From: an uncultured Nitrososphaerota archaeon
GTDB taxonomy: Archaea; Asgardarchaeota; Njordarchaeia; Njordarchaeales; Njordarchaeaceae
Direction of reading: 5' to 3'
NCBI GenBank assembly: GCA_964518475.1
Contig: CAZFGR010000002.1
Location: 32,001-96,000, forward strand
DNA length: 64,000 nucleotides
The position numbers were made by a program, and so were the translations under genes. Shown here piece after piece: positions 29,596 to 38,832 of the stretch; within the stretch, counting starts at the first letter, position 1, and each line of letters begins with the position of its first letter. The notes beneath the pieces are model-generated. The model saw only the letters and a list, made by a program, of their open reading frames with translations. It was not told the DNA's origin and did no database searches.

Positions 29596-31254
29596 ATGCT
29601 TACCAAGCGATTAGTCTTTACTTTATGTTTACTGTTTATAACTGCTTCTCTACTCCGCCCTTATTACATTGTTCTCGGATCTCTTGGAGAATTATCTTAT
29701 GTGAAAATCACAGATTACTCACCAATTAATGCAACCATTAAGTGGTTGAGACGGGATCTAGGAAGAGATTTAGAATCTCCTCCATTGGTTTGTGATGTTA
29801 ACAATGATGGGTCACAAGAAGTCATCGTTGCTGGAAGAACTGTAGATAATAAGTGTAATGTATGGGCATTCGATCTTGAGACTGGATCCATTGTATGGCA
29901 TACTATACTTCCGGAAATTCCAATCCTTCCAGCTTTATCTACTAGTGATTTAAATGGTGACGGATTTCTAGACATACTTGTTCGAACTGAGAACAAGATC
30001 TTTATTTTAAATGGAAGCGATGGAAGCGTAGAGTTCACTTTAAGTACCACTGCTTATTCCGTCGCTCCCTTCATAGATATTAATAACGACGGATTTAGAG
30101 AAATCGTTGTTGCTGAGACACACAGACTAGTCGTCTTTAGTGGTCTGGATGGTTCCGTTTTATGGAGTTTTAGACTTGATGGTCGCTTTGGTGCGTTTGC
30201 CTTCGCTGACGTTGATGGTAATGGTTTGTGGGAGATTATTGTTGCTTATGACTCTAATGGATCGCATCCCTTCACTCTTCCCGATACTCTTCTCGTTTTT
30301 TCTTCTGATGGGAGGTTGTTGAGGGGTATTAATCTTGGGCTTAAGGGTGGGGATTATATTATTTCTGAGCCCCTTATAGTTGATGTTAATGGGGATGGGT
30401 TGCTCGATGTTGTTTTATCATCGATTTACAATTGTCTCGCGGTTGATCTCTTCTCCGGGAGGGTGTTGTGGAGGCTTAACTATCTAGACTGCCTAGACGA
30501 GGTTTCAAGGACTTACGTTACGTGGACCTTCGGCGTTTTCCCATCTATCGGCGATATCAACTCTGATGGAGAGTTAGAAATCTTAATAGCCTCTAGATTT
30601 CTAATGTTTATTATTAGTTCTGACGGTGAGCTTTCATACTATGCAATGCTTCCCGAGTCTAATTTCTTATACGAGGGCTTTGGCGCTATCGGCGACGTCG
30701 ACGGCGATAACCGATGCGAGATAGTGATCGGAGGAATTACCACAATCTGGATATTTGACTGGGATGATAAGAGATTTTACTCTATCCCTATTGGCTGGGA
30801 ACAAAATGCTAAACCAGCGACACTGGTGGATATTGATGGGGACTCCGACGTGGACATATTAGTGGCTGGCCAAGATAGACTTTACGCTTTCGACTTATTA
30901 AGTAGTGGCTTTAGAATAGATTTTCCATTCCCCTCTATTAATGGTTCCTACATTGGCAACTATATGTTAATTGACCCCGACCTAGATGGATTATCCACAT
31001 ATTCTGAGAAACTCGTTGGTACTGATCCATATTCTTATGACAGTGACGGTGACGGATATAATGATGGATATGAAGTAGCGAATAACATGAATCCACTAAA
31101 ATTTGACGAGAGACCCCCCTCGCCTCCTCCTAAATCACCTATAAGTCTTTATCTCCAGATTGCTACAATAGTTGGGGTTTCTACCATCGGATTAATAGTA
31201 GTGATAGCATATATTAGATCAAAAAAGAAGTTAAGTAAACATTTGATGAGTTAG
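29596..31254 (+). CDS. Membrane-anchored FG-GAP/VCBS beta-propeller protein with TSP3-like Ca-binding repeats
   Basis: About 8 DxNxDGxxE/DI repeats, DPDLDGLS..E..GTDP...DSDGDG, Pro-rich linker, C-terminal TM plus basic tail. Confidence 0.88.
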   Translation: MLTKRLVFTLCLLFITASLLRPYYIVLGSLGELSYVKITDYSPINATIKWLRRDLGRDLESPPLVCDVNNDGSQEVIVAGRTVDNKCNVWAFDLETGSIVWHTILPEIPILPALSTSDLNGDGFLDILVRTENKIFILNGSDGSVEFTLSTTAYSVAPFIDINNDGFREIVVAETHRLVVFSGLDGSVLWSFRLDGRFGAFAFADVDGNGLWEIIVAYDSNGSHPFTLPDTLLVFSSDGRLLRGINLGLKGGDYIISEPLIVDVNGDGLLDVVLSSIYNCLAVDLFSGRVLWRLNYLDCLDEVSRTYVTWTFGVFPSIGDINSDGELEILIASRFLMFIISSDGELSYYAMLPESNFLYEGFGAIGDVDGDNRCEIVIGGITTIWIFDWDDKRFYSIPIGWEQNAKPATLVDIDGDSDVDILVAGQDRLYAFDLLSSGFRIDFPFPSINGSYIGNYMLIDPDLDGLSTYSEKLVGTDPYSYDSDGDGYNDGYEVANNMNPLKFDERPPSPPPKSPISLYLQIATIVGVSTIGLIVVIAYIRSKKKLSKHLMS

Positions 31255-31352
31255 CCTATTCACCACATAATAGAAAAATCACTTTGATAATCTTCTTTCT
31301 TTTTATGCCATATTTTAGTCTCTTAATTGAAGAATTTTTACGCAGAGATGCA

Positions 31353-32393
31353 CTACTCGTAATATCCGATTAGTTGTGAGAGTATTTTTGAGTATCTAAA
31401 CCCTATGACTGGTAGTTTTTTCTTTCTTGCTGTCTCGATTGCTAGTATCTGGTAATATATTGTAGCGATTATTGCTATGTTGAACTCATCCATTTGTGGT
31501 AGCTCTACTACTCTGCCACTCCACCTTGTCTCGGTATCATTCGTTAGTATTACTGGTTTGGCCTTGATACTGTTTAGTGCTTCTGATAATGCTCTCATCT
31601 TTGAAATACTCTCGCCTTTAAAAGCGTTTAGAAAAACTATATCGCCTTGATCTATGGAGATCATCCCATAATGCGAGAATTCCTCGGCCTCGAATGGTAT
31701 AGAGTGAAGCCAGGCAGCCTCTCTCAATTTTGCACCTCCGAAGAGTGCGGATACGAATCCTGGCCCTGCACCAACTAGGTAAGCATAAGATTTCTTCACT
31801 AGCATTTCTGCATCTTTACTAGCTTGCGCGAGGAGAGTACGCATATTTGATTCTATCCATTTAATCAATGACTCAGCACTACCGATTCTTACTCCGCCTA
31901 GTTCTCTAGTTAACATGTTTAGGGAGAGCATAGCTGTCGTACTTGTAGCTGATGGAGGACCAAAAGGCTTAGTTACTTGAGTTTCTATACATAGATCCAA
32001 TATTCTCGCTAGTGGTGATAATGCATCATTCGTAACAGCAAGGATTTTCAGACCTTTCTTTTTAGCATATTTCGCAGCTTCTATAGTCTTGGATGTTCTC
32101 CCAGAAGCAGAGATAGCCACCAAAACACTCTTGTCCCAAATATTAGACTTATACTTCCAAAATTCGTACGATTCAAAAGCTTGAGCTTGTAGATTCGTGA
32201 ACTTCTCAAATAGGAGAGCACCATAAATAGCTACGAAATAACTGTCACCACAACCCACTAAGTATACGTTCTCTACACCATCAAAGACACTCACTAACTC
32301 ATCTAGGCGACGCCGTATCCAATTAGCAGTATCTCTTAACGCAATAGGTTGATCCTTAATAATATGTGACAATAAGCGTTCCAGAAACGACAA
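31353..32393 (-). CDS. SIS-domain sugar-phosphate isomerase/deaminase (GlmD/FrlB-like)
   Basis: GCGDS, ISASGRT, AVTN, KLREAA, EEFSHY; two SIS domains, no GATase domain. Confidence 0.85.
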   Translation of the reverse strand: MSFLERLLSHIIKDQPIALRDTANWIRRRLDELVSVFDGVENVYLVGCGDSYFVAIYGALLFEKFTNLQAQAFESYEFWKYKSNIWDKSVLVAISASGRTSKTIEAAKYAKKKGLKILAVTNDALSPLARILDLCIETQVTKPFGPPSATSTTAMLSLNMLTRELGGVRIGSAESLIKWIESNMRTLLAQASKDAEMLVKKSYAYLVGAGPGFVSALFGGAKLREAAWLHSIPFEAEEFSHYGMISIDQGDIVFLNAFKGESISKMRALSEALNSIKAKPVILTNDTETRWSGRVVELPQMDEFNIAIIATIYYQILAIETARKKKLPVIGFRYSKILSQLIGYYE

Positions 32394-32645
32394 AGAGAAT
32401 CACCCTTTAAAGTATTACTATCAAAAGTGAAAATCCAGAAGATCTAAACAAATATTTTGTTCTTAAAGAAAAGATACAGAGCACAAATCTTTTACTTCAT
32501 CCAAATTAACCCACCAGATATCGGTGACCTATAAGATATTTGCTGGGTATCGATATTATCAAAACATACTTGCCTTGATAAAAACGCGTTTTATACATGA
32601 TAGTTATATGGCTAAGCTAAATTCTAAAATTGGTGATTAGTTCTG

Positions 32646-33140
32646 CTATAGGGTATATTGTTTCCTGGATTCAAGCCATTTCTGCAGTTTCGCAAATTTC
32701 TCTTCTGTTATAGGGTTTATGGGTTCTATTTCCTCTATTTTTGCGAAATCGTTTACATCGGTGGTGTATACGATTCTTAATCCTAGGTCGTGCATTATAG
32801 TTACTAGGTAGGCGTCCCAAGAATCAATTAAATAGTTCTTAGCGATTCTCATACTTCTTCTCACGCGGTTTAAACTTAGGTCAGAGAACCATAATGCTTC
32901 TCCTATACCGACTAGAGAATATAACTTATCTGCCACGTCATCTGGGCGCGCTCTTAGATAATGCACAGCAACAATGAATGCTCCCATAATGCTACTTAAT
33001 GGAATTACGCATCGTATCTCTCCCTTCAGTACTTTGTTTAACCACTTTAAGGCATCGTTCTGGGCTGGGTTCTCTACGATAGCGAGAGCTATCGGGCCGA
33101 CATCGGCTATTGCTTTATACCGAGCTTCTTTTCTGCCCAT
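32646..33140 (-). CDS. PIN-domain toxin (VapC)
   Basis: IADVG, DSWDAYLV, YTTDVNDF. Confidence 0.82.
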   Translation of the reverse strand: MGRKEARYKAIADVGPIALAIVENPAQNDALKWLNKVLKGEIRCVIPLSSIMGAFIVAVHYLRARPDDVADKLYSLVGIGEALWFSDLSLNRVRRSMRIAKNYLIDSWDAYLVTIMHDLGLRIVYTTDVNDFAKIEEIEPINPITEEKFAKLQKWLESRKQYTL

Positions 33141-33385
33141 TTTCTGTCCGCCTCAGAAGAAACCCCTTTCTCTACATCATAAACAAATGGCTTCGCAGGA
33201 TTCCTCCTTATAAAATCAATTACCGAATCTACATCCTCGACATCTATTGATATACTACCCTGCCTAATCCAGAGCAACATAGCTTCCTCAAGCGCTTCCC
33301 GAATACTAATCCCTCTAAGAGCCGCTAACGCTTTAAATTTTCGGTAGATTTCATCATCAATACCTCTAATCGTTACAGAAGACAT
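33107..33385 (-). CDS. Ribbon-helix-helix antitoxin (VapB-like)
   Basis: VTIRGIDDEIYRKFKALAALRGISIREALEEAM; overlaps the PIN gene; start moved to ATG 33385. Confidence 0.8.
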   Translation of the reverse strand: MSSVTIRGIDDEIYRKFKALAALRGISIREALEEAMLLWIRQGSISIDVEDVDSVIDFIRRNPAKPFVYDVEKGVSSEADRKWAEKKLGIKQ

Positions 33386-33404
33386 CACAACCACCAAATA
33401 ATCA

Positions 33405-33441
33405 ATTATAGTAAGCAAAGTATTAAAAATCATACTATAAT
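33405..33441 (-). promoter_or_regulatory. Probable autoregulatory operator of the vapBC pair
   Basis: Perfect 9-bp inverted repeat ATTATAGTA/TACTATAAT flanking a minus-strand TTTTTAATA TATA box. Confidence 0.5.
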
Positions 33442-33605
33442 AATTTTGCATAATTTTCATAAAATTGTTGTGATCAAGCTATGAATCCTTGTTTACAAGA
33501 CTTTCACTCCCATATTATCAACTTCACGTCATGTATAAAAATACGAAAAAAATACCTTGAATATGCTTAAAACTTATAGATCTTTTCTCGAAAGGATCAT
33601 AGAGT

Positions 33606-34469
33606 ATGCTAGGTTACATATATGCGTTCATGTCGGCTCTTTGCTGGTCATCCGCAGCTATTCTTTACGGATACGCTGTTAAGAATAGAGATCCTTTAAT
33701 GGTAACTATTCTTAGAATACACCCAGCTTTCTTAGTCACGTTAATCGGTGTTCTATTGCTCAGGGAATTGAAGCTGGAGATCTTATTTGATCCATGGATC
33801 CTGCTACTGGCTATTATAACTGGTGCCATAGGAATGTTCTTAGGATCCTACACCTATATGTATTCCTTGAAGAAAGCGGGTGTATCGGTGGTTTATCCAA
33901 TAGCTTTCAGTTACCCAATATACGTCTCGTTGATAACGATAGCTTTTCTAGGGGAGCGATTCAGCGTAGGAATCCCAATCGGATTAGCTCTCTTAATAAC
34001 CGGTCTATACCTCATATCCTCCGAAAAATCCACGAGCAGAGAAAAGGATTATAGAAAAGGTGTTATAGTAGCTGTTATAACCTCCCTTATATGGGCTCTC
34101 AATGCCATTTTAGCTAAAATAGCTCTATACAGGGCGCCACCAGTACTCTTCGCCATGATGCGTTTATTAACTCTATCTATCCTTGTGACCCCCTTACTTC
34201 TTCAACGGATCTATGAGGCAAGGGAGTTTAGTCGTAGCGAGTTACTGGCAGCTACTATTGGTGGAGCTATAGGGATTGGAATCGGTTTAATATTTTCCCA
34301 TCTAGCTATAGTAGATATAGGAGCTGCCAGAACAACAATAATTGGTTCTTCATCCCCAGCACTATCAATATTATTAGCCACTATATTTTTGAAAGAAAAG
34401 CCGGGAAAGAGGGCTTTGATTGGAGCCTTAATAGTTAGTGCAGCAATATTCGTGGTAGCAATCTTCTAG
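33606..34469 (+). CDS. EamA/DMT family transporter
   Basis: 10 TMs in two repeats, FLGERFS and FLKEKP motifs. Confidence 0.9.
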   Translation: MLGYIYAFMSALCWSSAAILYGYAVKNRDPLMVTILRIHPAFLVTLIGVLLLRELKLEILFDPWILLLAIITGAIGMFLGSYTYMYSLKKAGVSVVYPIAFSYPIYVSLITIAFLGERFSVGIPIGLALLITGLYLISSEKSTSREKDYRKGVIVAVITSLIWALNAILAKIALYRAPPVLFAMMRLLTLSILVTPLLLQRIYEAREFSRSELLAATIGGAIGIGIGLIFSHLAIVDIGAARTTIIGSSSPALSILLATIFLKEKPGKRALIGALIVSAAIFVVAIF

Positions 34470-34574
34470 ACATTCACCAAGCAAAAAATGAAATCTTTAA
34501 AATGTCGCTTTATTATACATTATATTTAAATAGATGTTACGAAGAAGATTATTTTTTAGGAGACTTATTATCTC

Positions 34575-34994
34575 TTGGTGGTGCCTTTGGCCGGGCATTT
34601 CGTTAGAATCCGCATTAGATCGAATTTTTCAACAATTTTTAGATTACTTTTAAGTGGATTTGGGAATATTTACTGTAAAGTTTTTGCCAGAGAGAATAAG
34701 AGGATTGGAGCCATTTTGGATGAGAAGTGGTTCCTTAGGACAAATTCCTCTGTGGCTTTAGCGATTTTTGTTGAAGAGCTGTCATCGGATGAATGTCTTG
34801 TGGATCTCGTGTCTTATGCTGGTGGAGTTGGATTATTAAATATTTCCTGGGACTCTCATCTCGACTATATTGCTGATGTCTTGCGTTTTCTGAAAAGTCA
34901 TAACATAGAATTTAAGAAGGAGATGGAGATTAATTATCTATATCCAACTAACTGGCCAGATGATGTCAAGAGGATGCTAGCGGAGCTGGGATGA
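34575..34994 (+). CDS. Hypothetical protein (possibly DUF6054-like)
   Basis: 139-aa ORF, VDLVSYAGGVGLLNISW; lies directly upstream of the ABC pair. Confidence 0.55.
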   Translation: MVVPLAGHFVRIRIRSNFSTIFRLLLSGFGNIYCKVFARENKRIGAILDEKWFLRTNSSVALAIFVEELSSDECLVDLVSYAGGVGLLNISWDSHLDYIADVLRFLKSHNIEFKKEMEINYLYPTNWPDDVKRMLAELG

Positions 34995-35000
34995 TTTTTA

Positions 35001-35798
35001 GTGGTGATCTCTTTGGAGAACGCTGTTATGATCGAGGTAAGAAACCTGGTTAAGTATTATGGTTCTGTAAGAGCTGTTGATGGTATATCCTTTGAGGTCA
35101 GAGCTTGTGAGATTTATGGTCTCTTAGGACCTAATGGAGCTGGGAAAACGACTACTCTGAAAATTATTGCTGGTCTTCTGAAGCCCACCGCTGGTGAAGT
35201 CTCTGTGTTGGGTTCTTCTCCTGTAGAAGATCCAGTTACCGTTAAGAGGCTTATAGGGTATGTTCCGGAGGAGGTCTCTCTCTACGATTCCTTGACTGTT
35301 ATGGAGTTTCTTGAGTTTGTTGCTTCTGTAAGGGGGTTGGATCCCTCTGTCTGGTCTTGGGTAGATACTCTTATGAAATCGTTCGAGATAACGCATTATA
35401 TGTACACTCCTATAGGAGCCTTATCGCAGGGAACGAAGCAGAAAGTAGCTATTATAGCGGCACTGATGCATAGACCAAAGGTATTGATTCTTGATGAACC
35501 TCTTAAGGGCCTTGATGCTAGATCTGCTAGGATTTTTAAGGAGCTTATGCAGCTCCATATCAGGAACGGTGGTGCTATTCTGTTTTCTACTCATATTATG
35601 GAGATTGCTGAGAACATATGTACTAGAATAGGTATTATCCATAAGGGAAAGATCTTAGCTGAGGGGTCTGTTGATGATTTAAGAAAATTGGCTAATGAAC
35701 CATCGGGTAGGTTAGAGGAGGTATTTTTACAGCTCACTAAGGAGAGGGAGGAGATTTCTCATATTATTGAGGAGCTTAGGAGGGAGCTTTCCAAATGA
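35001..35798 (+). CDS. ABC exporter ATP-binding protein
   Basis: GPNGAGKTT, LSQGTKQK, ILDEP, STH. Confidence 0.95.
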   Translation: MVISLENAVMIEVRNLVKYYGSVRAVDGISFEVRACEIYGLLGPNGAGKTTTLKIIAGLLKPTAGEVSVLGSSPVEDPVTVKRLIGYVPEEVSLYDSLTVMEFLEFVASVRGLDPSVWSWVDTLMKSFEITHYMYTPIGALSQGTKQKVAIIAALMHRPKVLILDEPLKGLDARSARIFKELMQLHIRNGGAILFSTHIMEIAENICTRIGIIHKGKILAEGSVDDLRKLANEPSGRLEEVFLQLTKEREEISHIIEELRRELSK

Positions 35799-37411
35799 GG
35801 TCTCTGAGGGATTTATGGAATTACTCTAAGATTGTTTATAGGGAAATGCTTTTTCGAATGCTCTCGTTTCAACAAACAGTATCCATTACCGATCCAGAAT
35901 CTATCAAAAAACTCGCTAGATCAGCGAATCAATCTCTTTATCTTCACAAGATCTTTATGTTGATAGCAACTGTTATAATAACCATGTCTACTGCTTTCTC
36001 CGCGTCATTCCTTTTTTCACAAATGAGTGGTGGAAAATTGGTCTATTCTCTTTCCCTCTTGTTTCTCTCTTTTTTATTACTGAGTGCTTTCATGTTATTC
36101 TTTATGGCGGTTATACAGGTATCCATACTCATGTCTCCAGATATTTACCAGCCCTTACTAGTTCTTGATTTTGATGACAAGGAATTATCTCTTATCTCCT
36201 CTTTCGCACTGATAAGGATATTCGATGCGTTTATCATTGGTTCCCCAATCCTTACTATCGTGACATTCGCTTTTACTCGGAGAATTCTTCCTGGTTTTCT
36301 ACTAGCGATACTTCTTGGCGCTACCTATCTCATCACACTATATTTAATGGTTATATTAGGGAAAAACTATATTAGATTCGCGACACCTGAAGTATCTGGC
36401 GCAAGACTTATCTTGAGGGTATTTATTCTGCTCGGTTACACAATAGTCTTCTCCCTTCTATACCTGATACCATTCGTAATCAATAATCTAATGCCCCAAG
36501 TCATCGAGGCCTTTCTAGCCACACCAGAAACTTTCAGAAGAATTCTAACCTATATTCCACCATTCTCCGCTACCTACCTTGTGGCTCTTATTTACGCAGG
36601 CAATGGAAGTACTCAGGGAATCGCTATACCAATTCTTTCTTCCCTAGGTTATTTGGTAATCGCATGGATAAGTTTTAAGAAAATGATATCAGTAGTCGGG
36701 GAAATTCCCTATCTCTCCCAATTGGTATCGGCTAGAAAAGAGGTTATGATGGGAGCTCCGAAAATAAGACCACCATTCATAGGAATAATTCGGAAGGATT
36801 TCAAGTTATTGATTCGTCAAGTCAATTACGCCATGCTTCTATTTCTGGGCCCAGTGCTGTTTGGGATTTATGCAATAATCTATTATCTCATGGAGATTCC
36901 TTTAACAATGCTAACCGGTATGTCATACGTGATAATTTTCACTATTTTCATGACGGCTACTAGTATATTGGCGATAGATGGTAAGGGCGGAGAATTCCTA
37001 CTTAGTCTGCCCGTGAGTTTGAAAGACATAGCTAAAAGCAAAGCATTCCTCATAACCACTTCATATGTAATATTTGGGGTATTCGCACTCGTTTTCTTTG
37101 CAATAGTTTTGCCTCACGAAATATCGTTAGGAGAAGCTATCCTGCTAAATACCGTTGGTGTCTTTGCTGGTAGTTATCGCGTATTGAGAAAAGCGATAAC
37201 ACAAGTGATGGAGAGAGGGGAGCCTTTAACTGATTTAGCTAAAAACGTGATATATCTACTCTACGTTATGGGAATCTCGCTTATCTATGGAATCCTACCA
37301 CTAATAATAGTTCAACTAAGCTTTTTAATTAGAATTCGGATAGTAGAAACTCTCATAATAGCGCTCATCTTTCAGATAATATACTTTGTTACATACAAGA
37401 TTTCAAAATAA
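35795..37411 (+). CDS. ABC exporter permease
   Basis: 12 or more TMs, RKDFKLLIR, LLSLPVS; ATGA overlap with the ATPase. Confidence 0.8.
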   Translation: MRSLRDLWNYSKIVYREMLFRMLSFQQTVSITDPESIKKLARSANQSLYLHKIFMLIATVIITMSTAFSASFLFSQMSGGKLVYSLSLLFLSFLLLSAFMLFFMAVIQVSILMSPDIYQPLLVLDFDDKELSLISSFALIRIFDAFIIGSPILTIVTFAFTRRILPGFLLAILLGATYLITLYLMVILGKNYIRFATPEVSGARLILRVFILLGYTIVFSLLYLIPFVINNLMPQVIEAFLATPETFRRILTYIPPFSATYLVALIYAGNGSTQGIAIPILSSLGYLVIAWISFKKMISVVGEIPYLSQLVSARKEVMMGAPKIRPPFIGIIRKDFKLLIRQVNYAMLLFLGPVLFGIYAIIYYLMEIPLTMLTGMSYVIIFTIFMTATSILAIDGKGGEFLLSLPVSLKDIAKSKAFLITTSYVIFGVFALVFFAIVLPHEISLGEAILLNTVGVFAGSYRVLRKAITQVMERGEPLTDLAKNVIYLLYVMGISLIYGILPLIIVQLSFLIRIRIVETLIIALIFQIIYFVTYKISK

Positions 37412-37553
37412 TCGCTAAACATTCTTCCATAATCCCACACTTTTCCACTTAATCATTAAGATAATTTCTCGCGGAAATTATTCTACTATAGAAGTATGGA
37501 TAAAAGTTAAATGAATGAAGACTATTCCTTTTTTAGAGTTTGGGGGTGATTAT

Positions 37554-38702
37554 TTGGGACACAAGATAAGGGATGTCCGCCTCTTTATCCTAGATGTTAG
37601 GTTGCAGGAACCTTTCGCAATATCCTTTAAAACATTTACCCATGCCGAGAACTTCCTAGTTGTTGTAGAGACAGAAGACGGTTTAGTTGGTTACGGCGAG
37701 GGTGCACCTTTCAAACCGATAACGGGTGATAGTAGAGAGGAAGCACTAGACTTTGCCAAGAGAGTTGCTAAGGAATTGAAAGGTTTTACTTTCACCGATG
37801 TGCGAGAGGTTCACGAAGCACTGAATAAGATTGGTAATGAGCTCGGTTTTACGAGCCAAACAGTTCTTGCCGCTATTGATATGGCTATTTATGATATTCT
37901 TGGGAAAAGTAAGAATGTCCCAGTTTATAAGATTTTAGGAGCTGAGAAGCCCCATTTAGTACCTAATACCCTCACTATCGGGATCAAACCAATCGATAAA
38001 ACCGTAGAATCCGCCAAGAAACTAATGAGTGATTTTAAAGAGAATGGCTTGAAGAGAATAAAACTCAAACTCTCGGGCGATTTAAAGAGCGATATTGAAA
38101 GAGTATTAGCTGTAGCAAAGGTCTTTCCTGGAGAATTCACCTTGGATGCTAACCAAGGATATAAGGATCCAGAAGACGCTGTTAAACTCGTGAAGAAACT
38201 GTATAATGAATTAGGAGATAGAATTATCTTACTAGAGGAGCCCTGTCCGAAGGGAGATATAGAAAAAATGAAGTATGTTAAGGATAGATCCGAAATACCT
38301 ATTTTCGCTGATGAGTCTGCAGCTACTGTGGAGGATGCTAGGAGAGTAGCTGAGGCCGGAGCCGCGGATGGAATCAATATAAAACTACAGAAGGCTGGTG
38401 GGATTTATTATGGGTTAAAAATCGCTGAAATTGCTAAGGAGCATAATCTTAAACTAATGGTTGGTTGTATGCTTGAAACAGGCATATCCATTGCTGCTGG
38501 AATACACTTCGCAACCGCGATTAAGGAAGTAATAAACACGGACCTAGACTCTGACTTAACCCTTGGAATCAACATCTTAAAGGAAATCCACCCGTTCAAA
38601 GATGGTTGCAGAGTCCCTCTAGAAGCTCCAGGATTAGGTATAGAGCCACTAGAAATAATCAAGAACATCATAAACGAAGATCTCCGACTCTTAAAAGCTT
38701 AA
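37554..38702 (+). CDS. L-Ala-D/L-Glu epimerase-like dipeptide epimerase (enolase superfamily)
   Basis: PFAISF, GYGEG, KLKL, DANQG, EEP, ADES, NIKLQKAGG, GCMLE, DLD; TTG start after GGGGGTGA. Confidence 0.85.
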   Translation: MGHKIRDVRLFILDVRLQEPFAISFKTFTHAENFLVVVETEDGLVGYGEGAPFKPITGDSREEALDFAKRVAKELKGFTFTDVREVHEALNKIGNELGFTSQTVLAAIDMAIYDILGKSKNVPVYKILGAEKPHLVPNTLTIGIKPIDKTVESAKKLMSDFKENGLKRIKLKLSGDLKSDIERVLAVAKVFPGEFTLDANQGYKDPEDAVKLVKKLYNELGDRIILLEEPCPKGDIEKMKYVKDRSEIPIFADESAATVEDARRVAEAGAADGINIKLQKAGGIYYGLKIAEIAKEHNLKLMVGCMLETGISIAAGIHFATAIKEVINTDLDSDLTLGINILKEIHPFKDGCRVPLEAPGLGIEPLEIIKNIINEDLRLLKA

Positions 38703-38832
38703 CCACAACTCCTTCATTTAGCTTTACAATTTCTCAGAACATAAGATAAGAATCTCTAACATAAATTCGAAGCCTAAGTTTGGTAAAATAGAAAAATCCT
38801 GAAATTATAAGGCCAAAAAATAAAGAAAATGA

